Source: a virus
IMG/VR virus record: IMGVR_UViG_3300002334_000124
Span: 20,765-84,764 of that record
Length of the DNA stretch: 64,000 nucleotides
Strand: one strand, 5' to 3'
Shown: positions 30,040-39,803 of the stretch, one piece after another
Numbering within the stretch: the first letter of the stretch is position 1
Layout of the letters: every line of letters starts with the position of its first letter
The notes under the pieces: generated by a model
Database searches by the model: none
What the model was told of the DNA's origin: nothing
What the model saw: the letters and a program-made list of their open reading frames with translations, nothing else
Translations under genes and position numbers: made by a program

Positions 30040-30050
30040 TATGGACCGAC
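30025..30050 (+). promoter_or_regulatory. Putative late promoter TTGAT-N15-ACCGAC
   Basis: Recurrent motif. Confidence 0.45.
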
Positions 30051-30078
30051 ATAGTTAGAAGGACCAGAGGATAGGAAG

Positions 30079-31476
30079 ATGGCTTCAAAAACACTGAACT
30101 ACGGACTCACTAAGCTCGCTCCTGGTGACAGCCTAAGCGCGAACGGATACGCATTTGTTGACAGCGATCGTGATCGTATCGATGGATTGCTTGCTCTTGG
30201 TAGGGAACACGAGCATACGGGCTCCGCTGTAAGTATCGCCGATCCGACATTGGCGCCTACGCTTGTCCTCGACACGGCTTCAGGTGCGTTGACTGCTGGT
30301 CAAACCTGGCGATACAGATACAGCTATGTAGACCAGTTCGGGTCTGAGACGACCGCCTCTCCTGAGGCCACCCTTGCCACAGCTGCTCCTGTAGTGTCTC
30401 CTGGTGGCGTTTCGTTGTCATCTGTCACTACAGGGGGTTCTCTGGCTGGTGGCCTCTACAACTACGCCCTGACGGCTTACGTGGACACTTCGTCTAGGGA
30501 GACGCGTCGCGGTACGGTTACGGCTATTTCTATGGCCTTTGCGACAATCACCAACATAATAACACTCGCTCTACCGTCGTTGCCTTCTGGTGCGACCGGT
30601 TTCAACGTCTACCGCAGGGCTCCTGGAGAGGCGAACTACAACTTCCTCGCTTCCGTCGACATGTCGGTTGCGACTCCTCCAACCGAATACATTGATAATG
30701 GAACGATCAATCCAAACTGTGATCGTCATCCACCGATCAGCAACAGCACGAACTCTCAGAACAATATCACCGTCACCCTCCCAGGTGCCACTCCAGTAGT
30801 GCCAGCAGGAGCTACGTGGAGGATCTATCGTTCGAAAACTGCTGGTGTTTGGGAAGCCACCGATCTGGTATCAGTCACCGAAACGGTATCAGACCTGGAT
30901 CCGACAGTAGTTACCTCATACATCGACGTTGGCACTCCGACAGGATTCAAAACAGCCCCTGAGGTATCTCAGATCGTTGGACAGCCAGACAAGATAACTC
31001 TCACCAATGCTGCGAACGTCGACGGGTACCTCCCTCCCGGTTTGCTCACGATTCCTTACACCATCACGTGGCAGCAGAAAGGGACCGTGATCATCGATCA
31101 GGCTCTTGACATGTGGCGTTGCCCATTTGACAATGCAGAGATTCAGGAGATAGCAATCACTCTCGGAGATCCGAGCTACGCAGCGGCTAGTCAGTACATC
31201 ATCACAGATGTGAACTACTACAGCACCAATCAGGCCACCCCCGGCTGGACTACGGTGTTCACGACGCAAGCTAATCGTCCTGAGATTCCTATCACGGAGT
31301 GGTTCGGATTGGTGACAACGCCTGACGTTATTGCTCTCACAAAGGGTGACTTGCTCAATTGGGACATAGATCAGGACGGTGGTGGTGCGACTCCAACCGA
31401 CTTTGATTTGACCATCACGATTTTGCTGCATGTAAAACAGGGTTCCGAAACAGTGACCAATGACCTAACAGATTGA
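30079..31476 (+). CDS. Minor tail/virion protein with Ig/FN3-like repeats
   Basis: YRYSYVD..GSET, GATGFNVYRR and WRIYRS motifs; Thr-rich. Confidence 0.6.
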   Translation: MASKTLNYGLTKLAPGDSLSANGYAFVDSDRDRIDGLLALGREHEHTGSAVSIADPTLAPTLVLDTASGALTAGQTWRYRYSYVDQFGSETTASPEATLATAAPVVSPGGVSLSSVTTGGSLAGGLYNYALTAYVDTSSRETRRGTVTAISMAFATITNIITLALPSLPSGATGFNVYRRAPGEANYNFLASVDMSVATPPTEYIDNGTINPNCDRHPPISNSTNSQNNITVTLPGATPVVPAGATWRIYRSKTAGVWEATDLVSVTETVSDLDPTVVTSYIDVGTPTGFKTAPEVSQIVGQPDKITLTNAANVDGYLPPGLLTIPYTITWQQKGTVIIDQALDMWRCPFDNAEIQEIAITLGDPSYAAASQYIITDVNYYSTNQATPGWTTVFTTQANRPEIPITEWFGLVTTPDVIALTKGDLLNWDIDQDGGGATPTDFDLTITILLHVKQGSETVTNDLTD

Positions 31477-31498
31477 TCTCTTGGGTCGCAATGCCGAT
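31473..31498 (+). promoter_or_regulatory. Putative late promoter TTGAT-N15-GCCGAT
   Basis: Recurrent motif. Confidence 0.5.
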
Positions 31499-31506
31499 GA
31501 TGAGGT

Positions 31507-31908
31507 GTGGATAAATCAGCGGATGTCTTGTCAGCCTCTCTACCAGAGAGTGCTGTCCACGACTTATTTGAGGGGGAACAAGTGATTCCATTTCTAGCTT
31601 TGATGAAGATCACTGCATTCCAGAAAGTCATTGCTTATGGAATGTATATTTGGGGGATGATGGTGGGGGGTTTGTACACGCTTGCCTCCTCTAACGACCT
31701 AGACGCAGTCTTCCTGGGGATGATCGGTGCTGTCGCTGTGTCGGTCATGTTCGCATTGCGTCGGTTGGTTCTACTGTTGATTCAAATCGGTGAGGCGGCA
31801 GCAGAGAAGAAGTTGCGCGACTTCGCAGTCAAGACAGGCCTGACTGAAGAAGAGATTCATAACATCGTTGCTACGAAGATAGAGGATTACAAATCTGAAC
31901 TGGACTGA
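31507..31908 (+). CDS. Membrane protein (holin-like); start uncertain
   Basis: Two hydrophobic segments plus a charged tail. Confidence 0.45.
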   Translation: MDKSADVLSASLPESAVHDLFEGEQVIPFLALMKITAFQKVIAYGMYIWGMMVGGLYTLASSNDLDAVFLGMIGAVAVSVMFALRRLVLLLIQIGEAAAEKKLRDFAVKTGLTEEEIHNIVATKIEDYKSELD

Positions 31909-31947
31909 TAGTCGCAGTTTGCCTCGCATCATGTAGTCCGTCTGGCC

Positions 31948-31953
31948 TATACT
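31948..31953 (+). promoter_or_regulatory. -10 box TATACT for a probably leaderless transcript
   Basis: TATACT 6 nt before GTG 31960; no SD sequence. Confidence 0.4.
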
Positions 31954-31959
31954 CTGGCC

Positions 31960-32517
31960 GTGGACATAGACAAGGTTCTAAACCTAGCCCAAAGCATCCA
32001 TAAGCGTCGAGTATTTGTAGCCCCTGAGGCTCCTCGTTCTCTGTCGACAGCTGAAGCTGTGATGGACAGCATGTATGGTCTGGAGCTGGATCTGGATAGC
32101 TACGACGACAGGATGGTGCTGAATGTGCGGGATGAGCGCAACCGTAAGGTGTGTGTTGTCGCGTACAAACGCCCTCCGTTCAGAGTGGATCCTCTGTACG
32201 AACAGGATTACGATGTCATTGTCTTCGTTGAGGGTGACAGTCTCGATGAAGTAGACATCTTGGGATGGCTTCCTGCAAGCAGGCTTCTTGGTGCCCCTCG
32301 GCATCCAATCACTGCGATACAATGGGAATTCGAAGTTGATCCGGACTTCTTGTTTCCTATGCCTGAGACCTTCGACTTCGGCGAACCTCCTATTGATGAG
32401 ATTCCTCGTTTGTGGGACTACGATAAGGGTGGGTGGTGGACTCCGATGGGGTTCTACGTTTATGACGCCGCCGCAATGCTCGAAGTCGCGAGGCTAGACG
32501 ATGAACTTGCTAGGTGA
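31960..32517 (+). CDS. Hypothetical protein
   Basis: 185-aa ORF with YDVIVFV...ILGWL. Confidence 0.55.
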   Translation: MDIDKVLNLAQSIHKRRVFVAPEAPRSLSTAEAVMDSMYGLELDLDSYDDRMVLNVRDERNRKVCVVAYKRPPFRVDPLYEQDYDVIVFVEGDSLDEVDILGWLPASRLLGAPRHPITAIQWEFEVDPDFLFPMPETFDFGEPPIDEIPRLWDYDKGGWWTPMGFYVYDAAAMLEVARLDDELAR

Positions 32518-32740
32518 GACGATTAGATACCACCGACAGTTAATGGGCATGTCGGCTGCTGCTCTGTCACGTGAGGTCGACATGTCGTCCAGTTACGTGG
32601 CCAAGGTCGAGTCAGGGAAGATTGATCCTTCGGTAAAGGCTTTCTCTAAGATCGCTTTGGTTCTGGGGTTGAAAGATATTGAGATTGCATGGCTGGTCAG
32701 AGCGATCGCCGTGGAGAAGGAGACCGATGCAGTATCGTAA
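32501..32740 (+). CDS. XRE-family helix-turn-helix regulator
   Basis: IRYHRQLMGMSAAALSREVDMSSSYVAKVESGKIDPS. Confidence 0.85.
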   Translation: MNLLGETIRYHRQLMGMSAAALSREVDMSSSYVAKVESGKIDPSVKAFSKIALVLGLKDIEIAWLVRAIAVEKETDAVS

Positions 32741-33017
32741 GAAGCCATTACCAGTGGATGCCTGGCGTGTGAGCGAATTGAATTATGCAGCAGAACATGA
32801 TTGGCTTGCGCTTCCGAAAGCAGTCAGGGATGCCTACGAAAAAGGGGGCTGGGTTTTTGGTGCGCTCAAAGATGACAATACTCGGAGCATCTTCTTACCC
32901 ACTCTTGAGGGCACTATGGAGGCCAGACACAATGACTGGATCATCAAGGGTCTGGTGGGTGAGTTCTACCCATGCAAACCTGATGCATTCGCGGCCGGAT
33001 TTGAGGCAGTGGTGTGA
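32727..33017 (+). CDS. Conserved small phage protein (PGDYG-like)
   Basis: YRKKP...TLEG.M.A...DWIIKG..GEFYPCKPD.F; GAAGGAG RBS before ATG 32727. Confidence 0.65.
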   Translation: MQYRKKPLPVDAWRVSELNYAAEHDWLALPKAVRDAYEKGGWVFGALKDDNTRSIFLPTLEGTMEARHNDWIIKGLVGEFYPCKPDAFAAGFEAVV

Positions 33018-33847
33018 AATTCTCAGCCAGCATGATCAAGAACTGGATGGCCTGCCCTTTGCAGAGCCACTTCAAGGATGTCCTCAAGATTGACGAACCG
33101 GTTCACGCGAAGACGGTGTTTGGTTCTTGCATTCACGAAGCTCTAGAGCTGTACAATATCACGGGTGACATCAAAGAAGCTAAGGAACATTTCCGTGAGG
33201 TTTGGGTAAACCCAAGCAAGCTCAAGCATCCTGCTGAGATTGGGATGTGGCCACCCAAGATGTCTTGGGGTGAACTAGAAGTCAAAGGCTATGAGTTCCT
33301 AGAGAAGTTTCATGAGGAGTGTCGTTGGGAGAAGCGAAAGATCGTCGCAGCAGAGCACCGTTTCGTCGTTCCTTTCGGCGAACATATCCTAAAGGGCTTC
33401 GTGGACTGCATAGAGATCGTCGGCTCGGGTTCAAACAAAGAGCTGAGAATAATTGACTACAAGACCTCAAGCTACAGACCCACACATCTTGAGCTTCGTT
33501 TTGATATGCAGTTCACTGTTTACCTGTATGCGTCTATGCAGCCTGAGTTCTGGGATTCGTTCCCCAATGGTGAAGAGCTGTACGAGCGTTTCAAGAATTA
33601 CAAACGTCGTGGTGTGTGGCATGCGATTTGGCACAACAAGACTTTAGATGTTGGCCCTCGTGAAGAGTTAGACTTCATGCGTATGGCGCGTGTGATCAAA
33701 GAGATCGCTCACGCTGAAGAGATGGACGTGCACGTTCCTGACATCTCTGGGAAATCTTGTATTTGGTGTTCATACACCGATTTGTGTGCAACTACACTAC
33801 CACTAGAGCATGTAGTTCTTGAGGCCAGGGCTGAGAGAATCAGATGA
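33014..33847 (+). CDS. Cas4/RecB-like PD-(D/E)XK exonuclease with four-Cys (Fe-S type) motif
   Basis: GSCIHEALE, GFVDCI, IIDYKT, QFTVY; N-terminal CP plus CIWCSYTDLC. Confidence 0.85.
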   Translation: MKFSASMIKNWMACPLQSHFKDVLKIDEPVHAKTVFGSCIHEALELYNITGDIKEAKEHFREVWVNPSKLKHPAEIGMWPPKMSWGELEVKGYEFLEKFHEECRWEKRKIVAAEHRFVVPFGEHILKGFVDCIEIVGSGSNKELRIIDYKTSSYRPTHLELRFDMQFTVYLYASMQPEFWDSFPNGEELYERFKNYKRRGVWHAIWHNKTLDVGPREELDFMRMARVIKEIAHAEEMDVHVPDISGKSCIWCSYTDLCATTLPLEHVVLEARAERIR

Positions 33848-34089
33848 TCGATGAAGGTCAGATTCTTGAAGAGGGGATTGCCTTAGCCAAGGCGTGTGCT
33901 TCTGCAATAATGATGGGCGACCCTAACGTGGTTTACGATTTGCTTGACGCTGTTGATGAACCGGAGGTTCTGCATACCGCCTTCATATATTCGGTCACGC
34001 AGTGGTCACACGCACTGGAAGTATTCATGGAAGAAGGAGAGTGGGCACAATGGCTACTAAGCAAGGAGCTGGAAGATGATCAGAGTTAG
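33844..34089 (+). CDS. Hypothetical protein
   Basis: Overlaps both neighbours. Confidence 0.55.
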   Translation: MIDEGQILEEGIALAKACASAIMMGDPNVVYDLLDAVDEPEVLHTAFIYSVTQWSHALEVFMEEGEWAQWLLSKELEDDQS

Positions 34090-35503
34090 CAGAACCGGGT
34101 CCGTTGATTATGGGCCTTGGTGGAATTTCTTGCTTTCGGGTAGGCCAGGTGTCGGAAAGACTCCTTTTGCTACTACGGCTCCGAATCCGTTGTTGTTGAA
34201 TGTGGATGCCGGTCTCACATCTATTGCAGACAGGGGGATACTCGTCTATCCCGCACGTGATGACGATCCAGAGACGCCCAATCGTATCGAGAATTCTGAT
34301 CAGCTCGAAGAGATTGTCGCGTTCTTATCCAATGGTCCTGAATTCGTGGAGGAACAGTTCGGTACGCCAGTCAACACCATCATTGTTGACACAATCGATG
34401 AAGTGGCGCGGATCCTACAGAATGAGCGCAAGGAATCAAAACGCCGTGATGAGATGCAGGCTGGCGACTGGGATTGGCTGGCTACTCAACTCAATGTTTT
34501 CACTCGTGCTCTGTGCTCTATGGACTACAACGTCATATTCATCAGTCACATTAAGGATGTTCATGATGGCGAAACAGGAGCGACCAGCTACAAGCTAGAC
34601 ATTTCTGGTGCAGGGGCTCATCAGATACCACAGGCCGTTGACGTCGCCCTGTTCATGGATGACAGGTCCATAGCTCTGGTGGAGCACCGCGACGAGGACG
34701 AAGAGGCCGAATACGAGAAGATCTCTAACGTCTACACCCAGAAGCTCGACAAGTTTGAGTGGATCAAGGACCGTACTGAGACTTTGCCAGCATTGATTGA
34801 ATGCGATTTCGAGACTGGGTTCGTCGACATCATCGTTCGCATCAATGAACGCATTTCTGAGATGGAAGAGCGAGAAATTATCGATGTAGACTTCGAAGCT
34901 GAGGCACCCACGGCTCCACCTCTAGAGCCAACCACTCAGAGAAGGTCTAAGCCTGAGACAAGCATCCCGACCGTTGAGGATGTCGTAGAGAAAACCGCCG
35001 CCGCCGCCGCCAGACTGGCTGCCGCGAAACAGGCTGCGCTGGAACGTGCGAAAAAGGATGCTCCCACTCCAGCGCCTGCAGCTAAACCCAAACCGGGCGA
35101 CACTGTGGAACGTGCCACAGTAGTCACAGAAGACGACCCTTCTCGATCTTCAGATCAGGCTAAGGTTGATTTAGAGACGCTTAACGATGGTGCGTCTGTC
35201 ACTGTTGATGAGGGCATGGGTTTCCAATTCTCGAAGGCCGGTGTTGTCATGCAAATAATGGGTATGCGTTACGTATATGAGGTGGATGGCACCAAGATCC
35301 TTAGTAGAGTTAAGCTCCCTGATAGAAGTGTCCGACCCATACCAAATGAGTCTATGGATACTGGACTATTCTGTCAAGTCACAGGTGTGGAGATCACACC
35401 TAGAGAAGCAAACTTGTCTAGATTGAGGGTACGCAAGTTCCTCTGTGAAGACGAGTACACCAAAGAAATCAGCCAAGCCAAGAAAAACATGAGTAGGACA
35501 TAA
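34076..35503 (+). CDS. AAA_24/Sak4-like ATPase (recombination) with C-terminal extension
   Basis: Walker A GRPGVGKT, Walker B IIVDTIDE, VIFISH; between exonuclease and SSB. Confidence 0.8.
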   Translation: MIRVSRTGSVDYGPWWNFLLSGRPGVGKTPFATTAPNPLLLNVDAGLTSIADRGILVYPARDDDPETPNRIENSDQLEEIVAFLSNGPEFVEEQFGTPVNTIIVDTIDEVARILQNERKESKRRDEMQAGDWDWLATQLNVFTRALCSMDYNVIFISHIKDVHDGETGATSYKLDISGAGAHQIPQAVDVALFMDDRSIALVEHRDEDEEAEYEKISNVYTQKLDKFEWIKDRTETLPALIECDFETGFVDIIVRINERISEMEEREIIDVDFEAEAPTAPPLEPTTQRRSKPETSIPTVEDVVEKTAAAAARLAAAKQAALERAKKDAPTPAPAAKPKPGDTVERATVVTEDDPSRSSDQAKVDLETLNDGASVTVDEGMGFQFSKAGVVMQIMGMRYVYEVDGTKILSRVKLPDRSVRPIPNESMDTGLFCQVTGVEITPREANLSRLRVRKFLCEDEYTKEISQAKKNMSRT

Positions 35504-35504
35504 C

Positions 35505-36074
35505 ATGACAGTCATAAAACTGAAGAGTGGAAATAACGACGACGATGATCGTACGCAGATCTCGGAAGAGTCTGTATTTGAAGTGACGGTTCTCGACGTC
35601 GCTGAACGAGAGACTCAATGGTACGCCACCGATCGTGACACCCAGAAACAGCTCCTGAATGCCGACGGTAATCCCTACAAGAATCGCGAATTCAATTTCA
35701 AGTTCAAGATCATTGACCCCGACGGACCATACAACAACAGATTTGTGTGGGGGACTACAGGCCTGCTGTTGGGAACGTGGCCGACCTGCAAGCTGTCGAA
35801 CTGGATCAGGGCGATCCTGGACGAACCGGTACTGCCTGAAGGCTTCGCAATCGACCTCGACGGTTCGGAGAACGATGACAAAGTTGGTGGCCTTGACGGT
35901 CTTCGATGCCGTGTTGTCGTGAAGGCCAAGAAACGCGACAATGGATCCTTCAGCAACTGGGTTTCTGATGTCTATCCCGCCAAAGCCGACCAGACAGTTC
36001 AGGAACGAGTTCAGGAACATCTCGCTCCGAACGAGAATGCTGGATACGACCCCAACGAAGAGCCTTTTGGCTAG
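35505..36074 (+). CDS. Single-stranded DNA-binding protein (putative)
   Basis: OB-like beta pattern, acidic tail ending EEPFG, next to Sak4-like gene. Confidence 0.65.
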   Translation: MTVIKLKSGNNDDDDRTQISEESVFEVTVLDVAERETQWYATDRDTQKQLLNADGNPYKNREFNFKFKIIDPDGPYNNRFVWGTTGLLLGTWPTCKLSNWIRAILDEPVLPEGFAIDLDGSENDDKVGGLDGLRCRVVVKAKKRDNGSFSNWVSDVYPAKADQTVQERVQEHLAPNENAGYDPNEEPFG

Positions 36075-36088
36075 ACCCTTTGAGGCCC

Positions 36089-36120
36089 AAGAGGGGTGAG
36101 TTAGACCACCCCTCTTCTTT
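36089..36120 (+). terminator. Rho-independent terminator
   Basis: AAGAGGGGTG...CACCCCTCTT then CTTT. Confidence 0.7.
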
Positions 36121-36121
36121 G

Positions 36122-36150
36122 TTGACCTGTCAAGACGTTTCGGATATACT
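36122..36150 (+). promoter_or_regulatory. SigA-type promoter TTGACC-N17-TATACT with palindromic -35 (TTGACCTGTCAA)
   Basis: Near-consensus boxes, 17-nt spacer, ATG 8 nt downstream. Confidence 0.65.
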
Positions 36151-36158
36151 AGGACCTA

Positions 36159-38150
36159 ATGAGCAACGTAGTCTCATACCTTGAATCTAAAAACATCGAA
36201 CTTCATCCAGCTTCGAACGGCAATGTTCGGACTCTGTGTTGGTTCCATGGTGAAGATGGCGAGGCTAAAACTGGACGGCTATACATCCAGGCCGACTCAG
36301 AACACCCCCACTTCGGGCAGTTCTTCTGTCACAGGTGTGACGAGCGCGGCACGTTCAACAAGATCCGCCATCATTTTGGTGACGCCCCAGACGGTGAAGT
36401 CACTCCTGTAGAGAAGTCCAAACGTCTACAGATACTGTCTCAGGCTGCTCAATACTACCATGAACGTCTGATCTACGGAGAAGGCACTGAGAGTGACCCT
36501 CAGCCGAACCTGGAAGCCTTAGAGTACCTGCAGCAAGAGCGCGGTCTGTCTATGGACGTGATCTTGCGTTTCAAACTGGGCGTGGCAGATGGTCAGCTTG
36601 GCGATTACTTATTGATGAACGGGCATCAAAGAGACCACATAAGTAGTACTGGTTTGGTGTGGGATACGGGCAAGGACTTCTTCACGCCCGGCATGATCAT
36701 GATTCCGTACTTCGTGCAGGGTACGTGTGCTCAGATCCGCGGTCGAGACCTCGGTGCAGTCAAGAACAAGTACAAGACCCCTCCTGGTCAGCTACCTATT
36801 CCTTTCAATATCGACATAGTGCTCGAAGAAAACTCTTTCATAGTCTTCACTGAAGGTGAGTTTGATGCCATCTTGCTTGAAGATCTGGGCTACTCAGCGA
36901 TAGGTATACCCGGAGCTAGAAGTTTCCAAGAAGAATGGCTGCGTTCGTTCGCCGATGTGCGAAAGGTCTTCATCTGTTTCGACAACGATGAGCCTGGATG
37001 TGAGGGGGCAGAGAAGATTGCTGGTTGGCTTGGTGGTAAATCTCGCATCGTGGAGATGCCCACCCCTCCACTCGGGGAGAAGAAGATAGATGTCACAGAC
37101 TATTTCATCAAGTACGGCTACAAAGTCGAAGATTTCGATCAACTCCTCCGACGCGCTTCTTCTGGACAGCTCGTGTCCGTTATGGACGCATTCGAAATGT
37201 GGAGAGAGCGAGAAGGAAATCCAACACTCACAGGTGTTGAGTTGGGCTTTGACCTCCTTGACACTGCCATTCGTCCGGGGCTCTTGCCAGGACAGGTGAT
37301 GGTAATGCTTGCCCGCACAGGGACAGGAAAGACGATAGCTGCGATTAACGTCATACAGCGCCAGGTGAAGATGTACCCCGACCGCACCAAGATTCTGTTT
37401 GTGTCTCTGGAGCAGACTCAGAATGAATGGTTCGAGCGTGCGCGTCGTATCCACGGATTCTACAATCCTCATCTCATTCCGAGTGCGGCAATCGAAGGTG
37501 AAGCAAAGGGGAAAACCCTGGAGGATTCAACTGTAGATTTCTATCGCAACAACTTCATGATGATCGACAAGAATCGGTTGTCTCCTGATGATCTGCGCAC
37601 CAATATTCGTCAGGCCGAAGATGAATTGCAAGGCGACATCACTATGGTGGTCGTCGATTATCTTGGATACTGGGCACGTGCTTTTAAGGGCGAGCCGTAT
37701 GTTCGTACATCTGAGGCAATCATGGCCATGAAGGAGATTGCCAAGGACATGCAGGTCCCGATCTACGCTCCTCATCAGGTGAATCGCGGATCAGAACCTG
37801 GGAAGCCAATCAAGTTGAACGACGCTCGTGAGTCAGGCGTGATCGAAGAAACAGCAGACTTTGTGATCTCCTTGATGAACGACATGAACGATCCAGGAGT
37901 TGGTCCTGCTGAAACTAACGGTTCTTGGGAGATAGAGTATTTGAAATCTCGTCACGGTGGAGTTGGGGTGAGTGCTGCACTGCGATTCGCTCCGGTTTCC
38001 CTTGCGCTTGTGCCGTTGCATGATACTGTGTATGGCGACGACGATCTTCGAAGGGCCAAAGATGAGTTGCACTTGTGGAAGAAGAGTCATTTTGACTACA
38101 CGGAAGTCCTGCGTAGGCACAGAGAAGGCGATAGGAGTTTTGTGCGATGA
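36159..38150 (+). CDS. DNA primase-helicase (Zn finger, TOPRIM, SF4 DnaB-like helicase)
   Basis: CWFH..CHRC; TEGEFDA; FDNDEPG; ARTGTGKT; VVDYLG; HQVNR; KSRHG. Confidence 0.92.
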   Translation: MSNVVSYLESKNIELHPASNGNVRTLCWFHGEDGEAKTGRLYIQADSEHPHFGQFFCHRCDERGTFNKIRHHFGDAPDGEVTPVEKSKRLQILSQAAQYYHERLIYGEGTESDPQPNLEALEYLQQERGLSMDVILRFKLGVADGQLGDYLLMNGHQRDHISSTGLVWDTGKDFFTPGMIMIPYFVQGTCAQIRGRDLGAVKNKYKTPPGQLPIPFNIDIVLEENSFIVFTEGEFDAILLEDLGYSAIGIPGARSFQEEWLRSFADVRKVFICFDNDEPGCEGAEKIAGWLGGKSRIVEMPTPPLGEKKIDVTDYFIKYGYKVEDFDQLLRRASSGQLVSVMDAFEMWREREGNPTLTGVELGFDLLDTAIRPGLLPGQVMVMLARTGTGKTIAAINVIQRQVKMYPDRTKILFVSLEQTQNEWFERARRIHGFYNPHLIPSAAIEGEAKGKTLEDSTVDFYRNNFMMIDKNRLSPDDLRTNIRQAEDELQGDITMVVVDYLGYWARAFKGEPYVRTSEAIMAMKEIAKDMQVPIYAPHQVNRGSEPGKPIKLNDARESGVIEETADFVISLMNDMNDPGVGPAETNGSWEIEYLKSRHGGVGVSAALRFAPVSLALVPLHDTVYGDDDLRRAKDELHLWKKSHFDYTEVLRRHREGDRSFVR

Positions 38151-38662
38151 ATGTAGATGAAGCGATGAGATTGGCGTACATGCAGGCTCGGATGTCTCCC
38201 GATCCGTCGACCCAAACGGGAGCAGTGATCCTCAGTGCTTACGGTCATCTAATCTCAGCATGTCGAAATGATTACCCATGGGGGGTTCGTCAAAGTCCGG
38301 AACGTCTGATTCGTCCGCTTAAGTATCAGGTGATCGAACACGCTGAACGCAATGCCGTGTACAGTGCAGGAGTTAGCGGAGCTTCGTGTGCAGAAGGGAC
38401 TATGGTTGCCTTGTGGGCAGCTTGCCCTGACTGTGCACGCGCTATTATCCAGTCGGGTATCGCCCGTCTTGTTTCCCATTCGTATTACCGTACAGTTGAT
38501 CTTGATCAGTCAGAAAGCAATCGTCGTAACTGGGCCGAGTCGATCGACATCGCCTTCATGATGCTCGAAGAGTCTGGCGTGCAAGTCGAATTCACTGATA
38601 CCCAAGTCATGGGGGAAGACGACCCTCCGCTTCTTTTCAATGGCGAGTACGTAAGATTTTGA
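38147..38662 (+). CDS. dCMP deaminase
   Basis: SPDPSTQTGAVI, HAERNA and ACPDCARAIIQSGI. Confidence 0.9.
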   Translation: MNVDEAMRLAYMQARMSPDPSTQTGAVILSAYGHLISACRNDYPWGVRQSPERLIRPLKYQVIEHAERNAVYSAGVSGASCAEGTMVALWAACPDCARAIIQSGIARLVSHSYYRTVDLDQSESNRRNWAESIDIAFMMLEESGVQVEFTDTQVMGEDDPPLLFNGEYVRF

Positions 38663-38663
38663 C

Positions 38664-39344
38664 GTGCCGCGCCTAAACAACAACAGGCAGAAATTTATCA
38701 AGATGATAACACCAGAGGACGTTGTAGATCTCAATTCGTGGGCTGATTACGCCCATCAGAAGTTAGGCGTCGCTCATCCGACAGCGAAGCTACTTCCAGC
38801 TTTGCATAAGATCGCCAATGGTTTCTTTGAAGAATACCCTGATGCCACATGGTTAGCTCTGGTTGATGTGGTCAGGTGGGCCAAGCACACTCGTAAGGTG
38901 AAGCATTTCGATATTGAGAAGCTGTTGGGTTCCTGGAAGTATGCCCATCAGGATGGGTACATGAGGATCCTCGCTAGGTTAGGCACCAACGATGAAGAAA
39001 CCTTACGAGAAATGCTGAAGTCGGTGCATGACAACCACTATGCAGATAGGATGAAGATAGCACGGACCGCAACTGAACGCGATGAGGTTTATCAGGAATA
39101 CCTGACTGCCACGGACGGTGGTGATCTCCCAACGTATGAGGATACATCTCCGGTGTTCACCTCTCCCTTGTTGCGAGGCGGGATGGTTGTTCGGTATCGA
39201 TTGACCGTTGCTGACTATCCAAGAATGGGAACCCTCTTGCGCCAGGACAATGAGAAGCTGGTGATCTATACTGGTGACAGAGAGGTCGCGCTAGAGGTTA
39301 AGCTGCTTCAGGTCAAGATTGATGGGAGTTGGGAACCGCTATGA
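38664..39344 (+). CDS. Hypothetical protein
   Basis: 226-aa ORF in operon. Confidence 0.55.
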   Translation: MPRLNNNRQKFIKMITPEDVVDLNSWADYAHQKLGVAHPTAKLLPALHKIANGFFEEYPDATWLALVDVVRWAKHTRKVKHFDIEKLLGSWKYAHQDGYMRILARLGTNDEETLREMLKSVHDNHYADRMKIARTATERDEVYQEYLTATDGGDLPTYEDTSPVFTSPLLRGGMVVRYRLTVADYPRMGTLLRQDNEKLVIYTGDREVALEVKLLQVKIDGSWEPL

Positions 39345-39679
39345 CAGTCATGTTCGGGCCTTTTGAGCCTTTTGAACCAGAGCTGGGACCACCTATGCCG
39401 CTCTGTCCTGTTGGTCCGATCGGGCATAACTGGATACTTACGATCGAAGAGGGCCAGGTCCAGTTAGATCCGGACTGCGAACGTTGTCGTGATGAGGTTT
39501 TATCCCCGGTTGGCGGAGAAGATATCTTCATGGATATTGAAGTTAGAGGTAAGCTTGAGTCTCATCTTGAGACTTATGGGTGGGAAACCCCTGAGTACGA
39601 CCATTGGTGGAAATTCCAACCAGAGAGTATCAAAGGACTAGATCACGAACAGGAGAAGGAGCTAGATAATGGATGCTAA
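39341..39679 (+). CDS. Hypothetical protein
   Basis: ATGA-coupled start; C..H...CERC. Confidence 0.5.
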   Translation: MTVMFGPFEPFEPELGPPMPLCPVGPIGHNWILTIEEGQVQLDPDCERCRDEVLSPVGGEDIFMDIEVRGKLESHLETYGWETPEYDHWWKFQPESIKGLDHEQEKELDNGC

Positions 39680-39803
39680 TCAGGATATCCGAATGAGAGC
39701 AGTGGAACAGGCCGTTCAGAGTTTCATAGGGAGGGAGGAGGACAGGTCAAACGAGGATCTCGTTCGTAGGGCAGCCGCACTGGCGCAGTTCGTTATGGGA
39801 TGA
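39669..39803 (+). CDS. Small hypothetical protein (44 aa, MDANQDIRMRAVEQ...)
   Basis: Read from sequence, below ORF-track cutoff; AAGGAG RBS; ATGA overlap with the methylase. Confidence 0.5.
   Translation: MDANQDIRMRAVEQAVQSFIGREEDRSNEDLVRRAAALAQFVMG

Noticed and set aside
33014-33847. Cas4 as part of a CRISPR or guide-acquisition module
   Set aside because: It sits in a standard exonuclease-Sak4-SSB recombination module 24 kb from the array; no evidence of linkage.
34995-35011. (GCC)n microsatellite
   Set aside because: It encodes a poly-Ala linker in the ATPase.
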